This document shows positions 27,126 to 36,711 of a stretch of 64,000 bases of DNA, piece by piece; position 1 is the first letter of the stretch; each line of letters starts with the position of its first letter. A program made the position numbers and the translations under genes. The notes under the pieces are model-generated. The model was given only the letters and a program-made list of their open reading frames with translations, did no database searches and was not told where the DNA came from. Location of the stretch: NCBI GenBank assembly GCA_036393515.1, contig DASWGV010000153.1, positions 5,283 through 69,282 on the forward strand, read 5' to 3'. Source of the DNA: Gemmatimonadales bacterium (GTDB lineage Bacteria; Gemmatimonadota; Gemmatimonadetes; Gemmatimonadales; GWC2-71-9).

Positions 27126-27161
27126 GGCTCCACGGCGTGCTCCGTGGGGCCGTTTCTCATT
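27126..27161 (+). terminator. Rho-independent terminator candidate after tRNA-Asp
   Basis: 10-bp stem, GGCTCCACGG (27126-35) with CCGTGGGGCC (27142-51), containing one G:U pair. 6-nt loop, then GTTTCTCATT. Confidence 0.55.
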
Positions 27162-27174
27162 GCTCTCCACGCCG

Positions 27175-28089
27175 ATGACGGTGCAGTCGGGCTTCCACGC
27201 GCCCGTCCTGGCTGAGGCGGTCGGGGAACTCGCGGTGGGAAGCCGGCGGGCGGTAGACGGCACCGCCGGTGGCGGGGGGCACACGGAAATGCTGCGGGAT
27301 GCCGGAGCGCTGGTGCTGGCGGTGGATCGCGATCCCGAGGCGGTGGCCGCGACGCGCGCCCGGCTGGGTGCGGCCGCGTCGGTGCGTCAGGGTACGTTCG
27401 CGGATCCGGCCATGCTCGCTGAGATCCGGGCGTTTCAACCGGACCTGGTCCTGCTGGACCTGGGCGTGTCGTCACGGCAGCTCGATACCGATGCCCGGGG
27501 GTTCTCCTTCCGCCGGGGCGTACCGCTCGATATGCGAATGGACCCCACGGGCAGCCCTACCGCGGCGGGACTCTTGAACCGGTTGCCGGAGAGCGACCTG
27601 GCGCGCGTGTTCCGGGAGTTCGCCGACGAGCCTCGCGCCCGGCGACTGGCACGGGCGATTGTGGCGCGGCGCGCCCGCCACGCCTTCACGGTGAGCGACG
27701 ACCTGGTGGCCGCCATCCGAGGCGCTCTGGGTCCCCGCACCGGCCCGGCCGATTTCGCCCGATTGTTCCAGGCGTTGCGCATGGAGGTGAACCAGGAGCC
27801 CACGCAGCTCGAACGGGCCCTGCCGGCCCTGCGGGACGCGCTGGTCCCGGCGGGGCGCCTCCTGGTGATCGCGTACCATTCCGGCGAAGACCGGCTGGTC
27901 AAGCACGCCTTTCGGGAATGGGCGCGGACCTGTATTTGCCCACCGCGACAGCCGGTGTGCATCTGCCGCGGCCGCCCTCTCGGGACCGTTGATCCCCATC
28001 GTCCCGTCCGTCCGGCTCCGGCCGAGACGGCGGCCAACCCGCGCGCGCGCAGCGCCACCTTGCGCGGCTTTCGGATGGCCGATGCCTAA
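27175..28089 (+). CDS. rsmH: 16S rRNA (cytosine1402-N4)-methyltransferase RsmH
   Basis: ORF 27160..28089. TTG 27160 lies inside the upstream terminator T-tract, so I prefer ATG 27175 (MTVQSGFHAPVL). Motifs HAPVL, DGTAGGGGH, DLGVSSRQLD and FHSGEDR-like YHSGEDR. Confidence 0.9.
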   Translation: MTVQSGFHAPVLAEAVGELAVGSRRAVDGTAGGGGHTEMLRDAGALVLAVDRDPEAVAATRARLGAAASVRQGTFADPAMLAEIRAFQPDLVLLDLGVSSRQLDTDARGFSFRRGVPLDMRMDPTGSPTAAGLLNRLPESDLARVFREFADEPRARRLARAIVARRARHAFTVSDDLVAAIRGALGPRTGPADFARLFQALRMEVNQEPTQLERALPALRDALVPAGRLLVIAYHSGEDRLVKHAFREWARTCICPPRQPVCICRGRPLGTVDPHRPVRPAPAETAANPRARSATLRGFRMADA

Positions 28090-28369
28090 AGGGCGAGTTT
28101 GGGTGGCGGGGTGGTTAGTGTTCGTGCTGGCCATCCTGGCCTGGGTCGTCGCACGGCAGACCTCCGGGGTCGTGACGGCCACGGCGCTGGGCTCGTTGCG
28201 CGACGAACGCGCCACGCTGGAAGCGCGCGCTGCCGATCTGGTCGCGCGCATTCGGGACGCCCGGAGCCGCCGCGTCCTCATTCCGCGCGCCGAAGCACTC
28301 GGGCTGCGGCTGCCATCGGACTCGGAGATTGTCATCCTGCAGACCCCGGCACGACTCCCGCCCCGGTAG
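28082..28369 (+). CDS. ftsL: cell division protein FtsL (bitopic, by position and topology)
   Basis: In-frame part of ORF 27989..28369. ATG 28082 overlaps the rsmH stop. Single TM WVAGWLVFVLAILAWVV followed by a short helical segment. Located between rsmH and ftsI. Confidence 0.6.
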   Translation: MPKGRVWVAGWLVFVLAILAWVVARQTSGVVTATALGSLRDERATLEARAADLVARIRDARSRRVLIPRAEALGLRLPSDSEIVILQTPARLPPR

Positions 28370-28375
28370 GAACGC

Positions 28376-30298
28376 ATGGCGAAGCCGCTCACCCGGTTGC
28401 GTGTCGTTCAGGTGGCCTTTGCCGCGGGCCTGGTGGCGGTGCTGGCCCGGGCCGTCCAGGTGCAGCTGGTGGAGGGGGCGGCGCACCGCGCCACTGCGCG
28501 GGCGCAGCGCACCGAGGGCGTCGTTCTCCCGGCTCGGCGGGGCGCCATCTTCGACCGGCAGGGCACGCCCCTGGCCGTGTCGCGCGACGTGTATCACGTG
28601 GGCGTGGCCCCCAACGAGTTGGTGGACCGCCGGCGGGATGCCGCGATGATCGCGCGGGCCTTGCGGGTGCCGCTCGGGACGGTGCAGCGAGGGTTGCGCC
28701 GCCCGTACGCGTACCTCCATGGTCCCTTTACCGCGGCCCAGGTGGCGTCTCTGCGGCGGGTGCGTGGTGTGCACCTGACGTCGGAGCTGGAGCGATTTTA
28801 TCCTCGGCCCGATCTGGCCCGCGTGGTGATCGGACGACCTGCGGGCGACGGCCGGCCCGCCAGTGGCGTGGAGCGCGTGTTTGATTCGTTGCTGGTGGGG
28901 ACGCCAGGGAGTGCCGTCGTGCTGCGGGACCGGCAGGGGCGGCGCTACGAATCCCCGGCCCGGCTCGGGGCCTTTCCGAGGGCAGGATCCGACATCTACC
29001 TGACGGTGGATGCCGAGCTGCAGGACATTGCCGAAGGCGCGCTGATTGATGCCATCGAACACTACGAAGCGGACGGCGGCGACGTGGTCATCCTGGAGCC
29101 GGCCACCGGGCATGTCCTGGCCCTGGCCTCGCGCCGCGCCGGCGGGGCAACTCCTCCGTCGGCTCTTACTTCCGTGTTCGAGCCCGGCTCGACGGCCAAG
29201 CTCTTTGCGGCGGCGGCCTTGCTCGAGGCCGAGCTGGTCAGCGAGGACGAGTCGGTCTGGGGCGAGCGTGGCACCTACGCCATGCGATACCGGGTGGTGC
29301 ATGACGATCATCCCGAAGAGTGGATGACGCTCCGCCGGGCGATCGAGGTTTCCAGCAACGTGGGGGTCGTGAAATTTGGCGAGCGCCTCTCTCGCGAGCA
29401 ACAATTCCTGATGCTGCGCGCGTTCGGCTTGGGCACGGTGACGGGGGTCGAGTTCCCGGCGGAGGCCCGGGGCGCGCTTCCCCGGCCTGACACCTGGAGT
29501 GGCACCACCGCGGCGAGCCTGGCGATGGGGTACGAGGTGTCCGTGACGCCGCTGCAATTGGCGCAGGCGTACGCCGCCGTGGCGAACGACGGCGTGCTGA
29601 TGAGGCCGACGCTGCTTCTAGAGGTGCGCTCGCAGGACGGGAAGCCGATCTATCGGCCGGTGCCGGAACCGGTGCGGCGCGTCGTGCGCCAACCGGTCGC
29701 CGCCGCGCTGCGTTCCATGTTGCGGGGCGTGGTGTACCAAGGCGGCGGCACCGGTACCACGGCGGCCCTCACCAGCGTGGACCTGGCGGGCAAGACCGGT
29801 ACGTCGCGTCGCGCGGGTCCCCGCGGGTACGTGAGTGGGGAATACACGGCAACGTTCGCGGCCCTGTTTCCGGCCGAGCACCCCCAGATGGTGCTGGTGG
29901 TGAAGCTCGACGATCCGCGCGGCGCCTATGCCCGGCTCAGCGCGGCGCCCGTCACTCGGCGCGTGATCGAGCAGGCACTCGCGGCCCGGACGCCGGCCAT
30001 AGACCGCGGGCGCCTGGCTGCGGCGGCAACAGCCGCGCCCCCATCGGTGGGCGCGGGAAGCGCGCCTTATCTGGTGTCTTGGCCCGCCGAGCCGGGCGCC
30101 GCGACCCCCGCGACGCGCACCGTGCCCGATGCCGCAGGGCTGGCCCTGCGCGCCGCTGCCCGCGTGGTGCATCGCGCGGGCTTTCAGGTGCGGTTGCAGG
30201 GCTGGGGTCAAGTGGTGCGCACGATCCCCGCGGCGGGAAGCCAGGCGCCCACGGGCAGCGTCGTCAGGCTGATCGCTCAGCCCGAGCGCGGGTCGTGA
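28376..30298 (+). CDS. ftsI: peptidoglycan D,D-transpeptidase FtsI/PBP with C-terminal PASTA domain
   Basis: ORF 28376..30298. N-terminal TM, dimerisation domain, transpeptidase motifs STAK, SSN and KTGT. The last ~60 aa, TVPDAAGLALRAAARVVHRAGFQVRLQGWGQVVRTIPAAGSQAPTGSVVRLIA, fit the PASTA pattern. Confidence 0.92.
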   Translation: MAKPLTRLRVVQVAFAAGLVAVLARAVQVQLVEGAAHRATARAQRTEGVVLPARRGAIFDRQGTPLAVSRDVYHVGVAPNELVDRRRDAAMIARALRVPLGTVQRGLRRPYAYLHGPFTAAQVASLRRVRGVHLTSELERFYPRPDLARVVIGRPAGDGRPASGVERVFDSLLVGTPGSAVVLRDRQGRRYESPARLGAFPRAGSDIYLTVDAELQDIAEGALIDAIEHYEADGGDVVILEPATGHVLALASRRAGGATPPSALTSVFEPGSTAKLFAAAALLEAELVSEDESVWGERGTYAMRYRVVHDDHPEEWMTLRRAIEVSSNVGVVKFGERLSREQQFLMLRAFGLGTVTGVEFPAEARGALPRPDTWSGTTAASLAMGYEVSVTPLQLAQAYAAVANDGVLMRPTLLLEVRSQDGKPIYRPVPEPVRRVVRQPVAAALRSMLRGVVYQGGGTGTTAALTSVDLAGKTGTSRRAGPRGYVSGEYTATFAALFPAEHPQMVLVVKLDDPRGAYARLSAAPVTRRVIEQALAARTPAIDRGRLAAAATAAPPSVGAGSAPYLVSWPAEPGAATPATRTVPDAAGLALRAAARVVHRAGFQVRLQGWGQVVRTIPAAGSQAPTGSVVRLIAQPERGS

Positions 30299-31758
30299 CG
30301 ACACTCCAGGACATCACCGGGGCGCTGCACCGGGCCGGACTCCTGACCGCAAGCGCCGAGGCGGCCCCCGTGCTGGGCGGCGTCACGGAGGATTCGCGCC
30401 GGGTACGTCCCGGCGATTTGTTTTGCGCCGTCCGGGGCAGTGCGGCCGACGGGCACACCTTCCTGGGTGACGCGGTGCGTCGGGGCGCGGTGGCCGCGCT
30501 CGTGGCGGAACGCAGGTCCCACGCATTGCCGCAAGTCGTAGTGACCGATACGCGGCAGGCCGTCGCCGTCGCGGCCGCACGCTGGTATGGGAACCCGGCC
30601 GCCGAGCTCCGCCTGATCGCGGTGACGGGCACCAACGGGAAGTCCACCACCGTGGCGCTGATTCGCCACTTGCTCAACCATCGGGGCGACGTCGGGTCGG
30701 TAGGAACATTGGGAGCGTTCGACGGCGCGGGGGCCAGTGTCGCCCCGGATCAAGTGCTCACCACGCCGGGGGCCGTGGAGCTGCACCGCATCTTCCGCGC
30801 GCTCCGAGAGCGTGCCGTGACGACGTGTGTCATGGAGGCGTCATCCCACGCGTTGGACCAGCAGCGGTTGGCCGGCCTGCGGTTCGGCACGGCCGTCTTC
30901 ACCAACCTGACGCACGATCATCTCGACTACCACGCCGATCTGGCGGCCTACTGCGCCTCCAAGCTCTCCCTGGTGGAGCTGGTGGAAGCCGGAGGGACGG
31001 TCGTGGTGAACGCCGACGACCGGGCGTGGGCGGCGATGCCGGTGCGCCCGGGACAGCGCCTGCTACGGTTTGGGCGGAAAGCCAACGCCGACATCCATCC
31101 GCGGCGTGCGGTGCCTGACGCCACGGGCACGGATCTCGAGCTCCAATTTCCCGACGGCGTGGCGCAGGTCCGCCTGCCGTTGCTAGGCGATTTCAACGTG
31201 GCCAACGCGCTGGGCGCGGCGGCGGCCGCGTGGTCCGCCGGCGTGGTCCCGGATCAGATCGCGACCCGGCTTGCCACGGTGCCGCAGGTAGCGGGCCGCA
31301 TGGAGCGAATCGGAGGGAACGGTTTCATGGTGCTCCGGGACTATGCCCACACTCCGGACGCACTGGAACGGGTGATCGCGAGCTTGCGGCCAGTGACGCC
31401 GGGCCGCTTGGTCGTCGTCTTCGGCTGCGGGGGAGACCGGGATCGCCGCAAGCGTCCCCTCATGGGCCAGATCGCCGCCCGGGGAGCGGATATCGCCGTG
31501 GTGACCTCAGACAACCCGCGTACTGAGGACCCCGACCGCATTATGGACGAGATCGAGGAGGGCATGGACGGGGTCGCGCACCTGCGGGTGACCGATCGCC
31601 GCGAGGCTATCCGGCGGGCCGTGGCGCTGCTGGCCCCCGGTGACTGCCTCCTGCTCGCCGGGAAGGGCCACGAGACCTATCAGGTGGTGGGCACCACACG
31701 TTACCCCATGGATGAGCGCGACCTGGTACGGGATGCGCTGGCGGCGAGGGCGGGGTGA
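30295..31758 (+). CDS. murE: UDP-N-acetylmuramoyl-L-alanyl-D-glutamate--2,6-diaminopimelate ligase
   Basis: In-frame part of ORF 30079..31758. GTG 30295 overlaps the ftsI stop. Motifs VTGTNGKSTT, EASSHAL, DNPR (SDNPRTEDP) and AGKGHE. Confidence 0.92.
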   Translation: MTTLQDITGALHRAGLLTASAEAAPVLGGVTEDSRRVRPGDLFCAVRGSAADGHTFLGDAVRRGAVAALVAERRSHALPQVVVTDTRQAVAVAAARWYGNPAAELRLIAVTGTNGKSTTVALIRHLLNHRGDVGSVGTLGAFDGAGASVAPDQVLTTPGAVELHRIFRALRERAVTTCVMEASSHALDQQRLAGLRFGTAVFTNLTHDHLDYHADLAAYCASKLSLVELVEAGGTVVVNADDRAWAAMPVRPGQRLLRFGRKANADIHPRRAVPDATGTDLELQFPDGVAQVRLPLLGDFNVANALGAAAAAWSAGVVPDQIATRLATVPQVAGRMERIGGNGFMVLRDYAHTPDALERVIASLRPVTPGRLVVVFGCGGDRDRRKRPLMGQIAARGADIAVVTSDNPRTEDPDRIMDEIEEGMDGVAHLRVTDRREAIRRAVALLAPGDCLLLAGKGHETYQVVGTTRYPMDERDLVRDALAARAG

Positions 31759-33101
31759 GTCGGTGGACCAGTGCCCGCGTGGGAGAGATCTTGGGCGCGC
31801 GCCCCGCCCGCTCGGTGATGTTCTCGGGGATCGGGACCGACACGCGAGAACTGAAGCCGGGCGCCTTGTTCGTGGCGCTGTCGGGTCCGCGGTACGATGG
31901 CCACACCTTTCTGGGGGCGGCGCTCCAGGCCGGTGCCGCCGGTGCCGTTGTGCGGCGGGGCACGCCCGCCGTGGAAGGGCTGGTGCTTTTCGAGGTGGAC
32001 GACCCGTTGGTCGGACTCGGGCGCCTGGCGCGCGCTCGGCGACGGGACATCGCCGGTCCGGTCGTGGCCGTGACCGGCAGCAACGGCAAGACAGCCACCC
32101 GGACCATGCTCGTCGCCGCGCTCAGCACGCGCTTCCGCACCCACGCCACGCGCGACAACCTCAATAATCTGATCGGTGTGCCGCTCACGGTCCTGGGCGC
32201 GCCGGAGGCGTGTGAGGCGCTGGTGGTGGAGTGTGGGGCCAGCGTGCTGGGCGAAGTGTCGCGGCTCCGGGAGATCGTGGAGCCGTCCATGGGCGTGATC
32301 ACCAACGTCGCGGAGGCGCACCTGGAAGGGTTCGGCGACTTGGACAGCGCGGTGCGAGAGAAAGTGGCCTTGCTGGAAGGGGTGGCCAGCGCGCTCGTCG
32401 GATTGGTGCCGCCGGGCCTCGCCGCGGCCGCACGCGGCCGCGCGCCGCGGGTGATCACGGCGGGGCTCGCCCCCGAGGCTAACGTCCATCCTGAGCGCTG
32501 GAAGCTGGATGCCACGGGCCGCCCGGAGCTGACGTTCCGCGGTCACACCATGCGGCTGCCGCTCCTGGGGCGGCACCAAGCCGAGAACGCGATGTTGGCG
32601 GTCGCGGCCGCCGTCGAGCTGGAACTCGAGCTCCGCAGCGTCGCGCAAGCACTGGCGGACGTCCGGCTGCCCCATGGACGCGGTGAGCTCATCGAAGCCG
32701 GCTCGTTGCTGGTGCTTCATGACGCCTACAACGCCAACCCCGCGTCGCTGCTGGCGGCCCTGGAGACGGCGCGGGCGGCCGCGGGTGCGCGGCCGCTGGT
32801 GATTCTGGTGGGCTCCATGCTGGAGCTGGGCCCCGCCAGCCGCAAGCTCCACGAGCAGGCCGCGGACACCATCGTGGCGGCCGGTCCGGCGCTGGTCGGC
32901 GCGGTTGGTGAGTTCGTGCCGGCGTTCAAGCGGCACGCAAAAGCGCTCGGCGCGCGGCTGGTGACGGCCGAGGACGCGGACGCCCTCGGCCGCGCGGTAG
33001 CCCCTCGACTGGAGGGACGAGAGTTTATCTTGCTCAAAGCATCCCGGGGCATGCAGCTTGAGCGCGCGCTCGCCCACCTGCTCCACGGCCGGGAGACTTA
33101 G
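31755..33101 (+). CDS. murF: UDP-N-acetylmuramoyl-tripeptide--D-alanyl-D-alanine ligase
   Basis: ORF 31755..33101. The GTG start overlaps the murE stop. Motifs VTGSNGKTAT, DAYNANP and LLKASRGMQLE. Confidence 0.92.
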   Translation: MSRWTSARVGEILGARPARSVMFSGIGTDTRELKPGALFVALSGPRYDGHTFLGAALQAGAAGAVVRRGTPAVEGLVLFEVDDPLVGLGRLARARRRDIAGPVVAVTGSNGKTATRTMLVAALSTRFRTHATRDNLNNLIGVPLTVLGAPEACEALVVECGASVLGEVSRLREIVEPSMGVITNVAEAHLEGFGDLDSAVREKVALLEGVASALVGLVPPGLAAAARGRAPRVITAGLAPEANVHPERWKLDATGRPELTFRGHTMRLPLLGRHQAENAMLAVAAAVELELELRSVAQALADVRLPHGRGELIEAGSLLVLHDAYNANPASLLAALETARAAAGARPLVILVGSMLELGPASRKLHEQAADTIVAAGPALVGAVGEFVPAFKRHAKALGARLVTAEDADALGRAVAPRLEGREFILLKASRGMQLERALAHLLHGRET

Positions 33102-33104
33102 AGA

Positions 33105-34226
33105 GTGCTGTACCACCTGCTGGCTCCGCTTGCCCGCGACGGCGGCTTCTTCAACCTCTTCACCTACATCACCTTCCGGGCAGCCGGGGCGGCGGTCACC
33201 GCGATCCTGATGGCGCTGTTCGTGGGCCCGCTGGTGATTCGGCACCTGCGCGCCCATAAGGTCGGCCAGGTGGTGCGCGCCGAGGGCCCGGCGACCCATG
33301 AAGGCAAGCGTGGCACCCCGACCATGGGGGGCCTCATCATCCTCTTGGCGACGGTGGTCCCCACGCTGCTTTGGGCGCAGCTCACCAATCGCTACGTCTG
33401 GGTGTGCGTCATCGCCACCGCCTGGATGGGGACCATCGGCTTGGTGGACGACTACCTCAAGGTGGTCTCCGGCAAGTCGCGTGGCCTGGTGGCCCGTTAC
33501 AAGCTGGTAGGGCAGGTCACGTTCGGCGTGGCCCTGGGCAGCTACTTGATCCTCGCCCCCCTCGCGGCCAATCTCCCGCCCACCAGCACCACGCTGCCAT
33601 TTTTCAAGTACGTCTTGGTGGTGCTTCCGACGGTGGCCTACGTGGCGTTCGTGACGTTTGTCATTACGGGGGTCACCAACGCTGTCAACCTCACGGATGG
33701 CCTTGATGGCCTGGCCACCGGCCTCACGGTAATCGCGGCGGGCGCCTTCGCGATCTTCGCGTATCTCTTCGGCCGGGTGGACGCGTCGGAGTACTTGCGG
33801 GTCTACTATCTGCGTGGGGCCGGGGAGCTTTCCATTTTCTGCACGGCGTTGGTGGGTGCGGCGCTGGGGTTTTTGTGGTTCAATGCCCATCCGGCCGAGG
33901 TCTTCATGGGAGATACGGGCAGCCTGGCCATCGGTGGGGCGTTGGGTACGGTAGCCATCCTGTTGAAATCGGAGTTGTTGTTGTTGCTGGTGGGGGGCGT
34001 GTTCGCCGCTGAGACGCTGTCGGTCATCATCCAGGCCAGCGTGTTCCGCTGGCACCGCGGCCGGCGGGGGCGGGAGTATGCCGAGCAGCACCGGGTGTTT
34101 CGGATGGCGCCGTTGCACCATCACTTTGAAAAGCTGGGCTGGGCCGAGCCCAAAGTAGTGGTGCGGTTCTACATCGTCGGTATCCTGTGCGCGCTGCTGG
34201 CGCTGTCCACGCTCAAGATCCGGTAA
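33105..34226 (+). CDS. mraY: phospho-N-acetylmuramoyl-pentapeptide transferase
   Basis: ORF 33105..34226. Motifs NAVNLTDGLDGLA, MGDTGSLAIGG and PLHHHFE, with multiple TM helices. Confidence 0.95.
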   Translation: MLYHLLAPLARDGGFFNLFTYITFRAAGAAVTAILMALFVGPLVIRHLRAHKVGQVVRAEGPATHEGKRGTPTMGGLIILLATVVPTLLWAQLTNRYVWVCVIATAWMGTIGLVDDYLKVVSGKSRGLVARYKLVGQVTFGVALGSYLILAPLAANLPPTSTTLPFFKYVLVVLPTVAYVAFVTFVITGVTNAVNLTDGLDGLATGLTVIAAGAFAIFAYLFGRVDASEYLRVYYLRGAGELSIFCTALVGAALGFLWFNAHPAEVFMGDTGSLAIGGALGTVAILLKSELLLLLVGGVFAAETLSVIIQASVFRWHRGRRGREYAEQHRVFRMAPLHHHFEKLGWAEPKVVVRFYIVGILCALLALSTLKIR

Positions 34227-35563
34227 TCCCGGCCGAGTGGCGGGCAGGGGAAGTGGCCGTGATCGGGCTCGCCCGGACTGGCGTGGCCGTCACCCGGTGG
34301 CTGGCCGGGCAAGGCGTCGCGGTGTACGCCTCCGACGCGGCGGATACGCCGGCGATCCGCGCAGCGGCGCAGGGGCTGGCGAGCCCGCAGGTGCACGCGC
34401 AGTGCGGCGCGCACGACCTGGATCGCATTCGTCGCGCGGCGGCCGTGATCGTCTCACCGGGCGTTTCACCGTCGGCCCCGCCGGTCGCCGCTGCGCGAGC
34501 CGCCGGGCTCCAGGTCGTAGCGGAGCTCGACCTGGCCGCGCGTGCCCTGGCCCCCGCCAGGCTCATCGTGGTCACCGGGACCAACGGGAAGAGCACCACC
34601 ACCGCCCTGATCGGGCACCTCCTGGCTGCCGCGGGGCGCTCGGCCGTGGTGGGCGGCAACATCGGGCGGCCTCTGATCGAGTTCGCCGGGTCGTCGCCCG
34701 AGTGGGCCGTGGTTGAAGCATCGTCCTTTCAGCTCCATGACGCGCCTCACTTGGCTCCCACCGTCGGTGTGCTCACCAACCTGGCGCCCGACCATCAGGA
34801 TCGGTATGCCGGCGTGGCGGACTATTACGCGGACAAACGGCTCCTGTTCCGCAACGCCGCACCGGATTCCACCTGGGTACTCAACGCGGACGATCCGGCA
34901 GTGGTGGAGCTGGCTCGGGGCGTGCCGGGGACGCGGCGGACGTGGAGTCTCCGAGGCCGGGCAGATGCGTGGTGGGACCGCTCCACTGGCGTCCTCATGC
35001 TGGGCCGTGATCCCCTGCTGCCGCGCGACCGGCTTCCGCTCCTAGGCGATCACAACGTGGGAAACGCCTTAGCGGCTGCGTTGGCGGCGGTCGCGGCCAG
35101 CCTCGGCGCGCTGGCCGTTGGTGGCGGGCTGGCCTCCTTCCAAGGGTTGGCGCACCGGTTGGAATCGGTGGGTGAGGTCAACGGCGTCCTCTGGATCAAC
35201 GACTCCAAGGCGACCAACATCGCCTCTACCAGTGTCGCCCTGCGTGCCATGACGCGTCCGTATGTGCTGATCCTGGGTGGCCGCCACAAAGGCGATCCCT
35301 ACACACCGCTGGCGCCCTTGCTGGCAAACGGCTGCCGGGGGATTGTGGCCTACGGCGAAGCCGCACCGCTGGTAGTTCGCGACCTGGGGACAGTGGCCGA
35401 GACGCACGCGCGGGGGCCCTTCGCGGAGGCCGTCCACCAGGCGGGCCGGTTGGCACGGGCCGGGGACGCGGTGTTGCTGTCGCCCGCTTGTTCCAGCTTC
35501 GACCAGTTCACCAGCTACGAGGAGCGCGGCGCGACCTTCCGGCGCTGGGTTGAATCGCTGTGA
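34187..35563 (+). CDS. murD: UDP-N-acetylmuramoylalanine--D-glutamate ligase
   Basis: ORF 34187..35563. Motifs VIGLARTG, VTGTNGKSTTTAL and NDSKATN. ATG 34187 overlaps mraY by 40 nt, so the start is somewhat uncertain. Confidence 0.9.
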   Translation: MRAAGAVHAQDPVIPAEWRAGEVAVIGLARTGVAVTRWLAGQGVAVYASDAADTPAIRAAAQGLASPQVHAQCGAHDLDRIRRAAAVIVSPGVSPSAPPVAAARAAGLQVVAELDLAARALAPARLIVVTGTNGKSTTTALIGHLLAAAGRSAVVGGNIGRPLIEFAGSSPEWAVVEASSFQLHDAPHLAPTVGVLTNLAPDHQDRYAGVADYYADKRLLFRNAAPDSTWVLNADDPAVVELARGVPGTRRTWSLRGRADAWWDRSTGVLMLGRDPLLPRDRLPLLGDHNVGNALAAALAAVAASLGALAVGGGLASFQGLAHRLESVGEVNGVLWINDSKATNIASTSVALRAMTRPYVLILGGRHKGDPYTPLAPLLANGCRGIVAYGEAAPLVVRDLGTVAETHARGPFAEAVHQAGRLARAGDAVLLSPACSSFDQFTSYEERGATFRRWVESL

Positions 35564-36711
35564 CCGGAGCGGGGCAGCCGACGCTTGGCGGGTGGGAGTC
35601 CCGCCTGCTCGCGGTGGTCACGGCCACGCTCATCGTGTTCGGCATCGCGGCCGTGTACGGCGCGTCGAGCCTGGTGGCCGTTCAGCAGGGCGAGGCGGGA
35701 GCGGCTTTTGCGCTGCGCCAACTCGCCGGCGCGGCCGCGGGTGGCATTGTTTTCCTTATCGCCGCCCGGGTGGACTACCACGTGTGGCAACGGGTGGCGT
35801 GGCTGTTGGTGGCGGTGGCGGCCGGGGCGCTGGCCATGCCGTACCTGCCCGGGGTCCGCGCCCTGGCGCCGGAAATCAACGGGGCACGCCGTTGGATTGA
35901 TCTGGGCTGGGTGATGGTGCAGCCGTCGGAGTTCACCAAGTACGCGGTCGTGGTGTGGACCGCCATGCTGGCCACCAAAAAAGGTGACGGCGTGCGCCAG
36001 TTTCGCCATGGCCTCCTGCCGTTCCTGGTGATCATTGGCCCCATCAGTGCGCTGGTGCTGTTCCAGCCCGACCTGTCGACGGCCCTCGACATCGGACTGT
36101 TGGCGGGCATCGTTCTGTTCACAGCAGGCGCCCGCATAGGCCATTTCCTGCTCCTCGGAGTGGTGGCCGTGCCGTTGCTGTGGCGCGAGATTGTCACCGT
36201 GCAGTATCGCCTCTCGCGGGTGCTCACGTTTCTCAGTCCCGGCGGTGACGCCCAGGAGTCGAGCTGGCAGATCACCCAGTCGCTGATCGGGATGGGCGCG
36301 GGACAGGTGTTCGGCGTGGGCTTCGGTGAGGGACAGCAGAAGCTCGGGTACCTGCCGTACGCTTACTCGGATTTCATCTTCAGCACCATTGGCGAGGAGT
36401 GGGGCTTCGTCGGCGTCTGCCTGATCACGCTCCTGTTCGCGGTGTTCATCGGCCTGGGGTTCCGCATCGCCCGCGCAGCGCAGGACTCGTTCGGGATGCT
36501 CTTGGCGGTTGGTCTGACGGTGCTGGTGGGCGCGGCGGCCATCTTGCACATGGCGGTCACGTTGGCGATCGTCCCTACCACGGGTTTGCCGCTTCCTTTC
36601 ATTTCGTACGGCCGGTCCAGCCTCATGATCTCGTTGTTAGCCACGGGCGTGCTGGTGAGCATCGCATCGCCGCGTCGCGTCACGCCCTTCCGGGGCCGTC
36701 CCGGTCCGTGA
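35560..36711 (+). CDS. ftsW: SEDS-family peptidoglycan glycosyltransferase FtsW
   Basis: ORF 35560..36711. The GTG start overlaps the murD stop. Polytopic, with motifs QPSEFTK, PDLSTA, SDFIFSTIGEEWG and TGLPLPFISYG. Confidence 0.9.
   Translation: MTGAGQPTLGGWESRLLAVVTATLIVFGIAAVYGASSLVAVQQGEAGAAFALRQLAGAAAGGIVFLIAARVDYHVWQRVAWLLVAVAAGALAMPYLPGVRALAPEINGARRWIDLGWVMVQPSEFTKYAVVVWTAMLATKKGDGVRQFRHGLLPFLVIIGPISALVLFQPDLSTALDIGLLAGIVLFTAGARIGHFLLLGVVAVPLLWREIVTVQYRLSRVLTFLSPGGDAQESSWQITQSLIGMGAGQVFGVGFGEGQQKLGYLPYAYSDFIFSTIGEEWGFVGVCLITLLFAVFIGLGFRIARAAQDSFGMLLAVGLTVLVGAAAILHMAVTLAIVPTTGLPLPFISYGRSSLMISLLATGVLVSIASPRRVTPFRGRPGP

Noticed and set aside
26978-27178. 66-aa ORF 26978..27178.
   Set aside because: It is superimposed on the terminator hairpin and on tRNA-Asp (27026-27099), so it is not a plausible protein.
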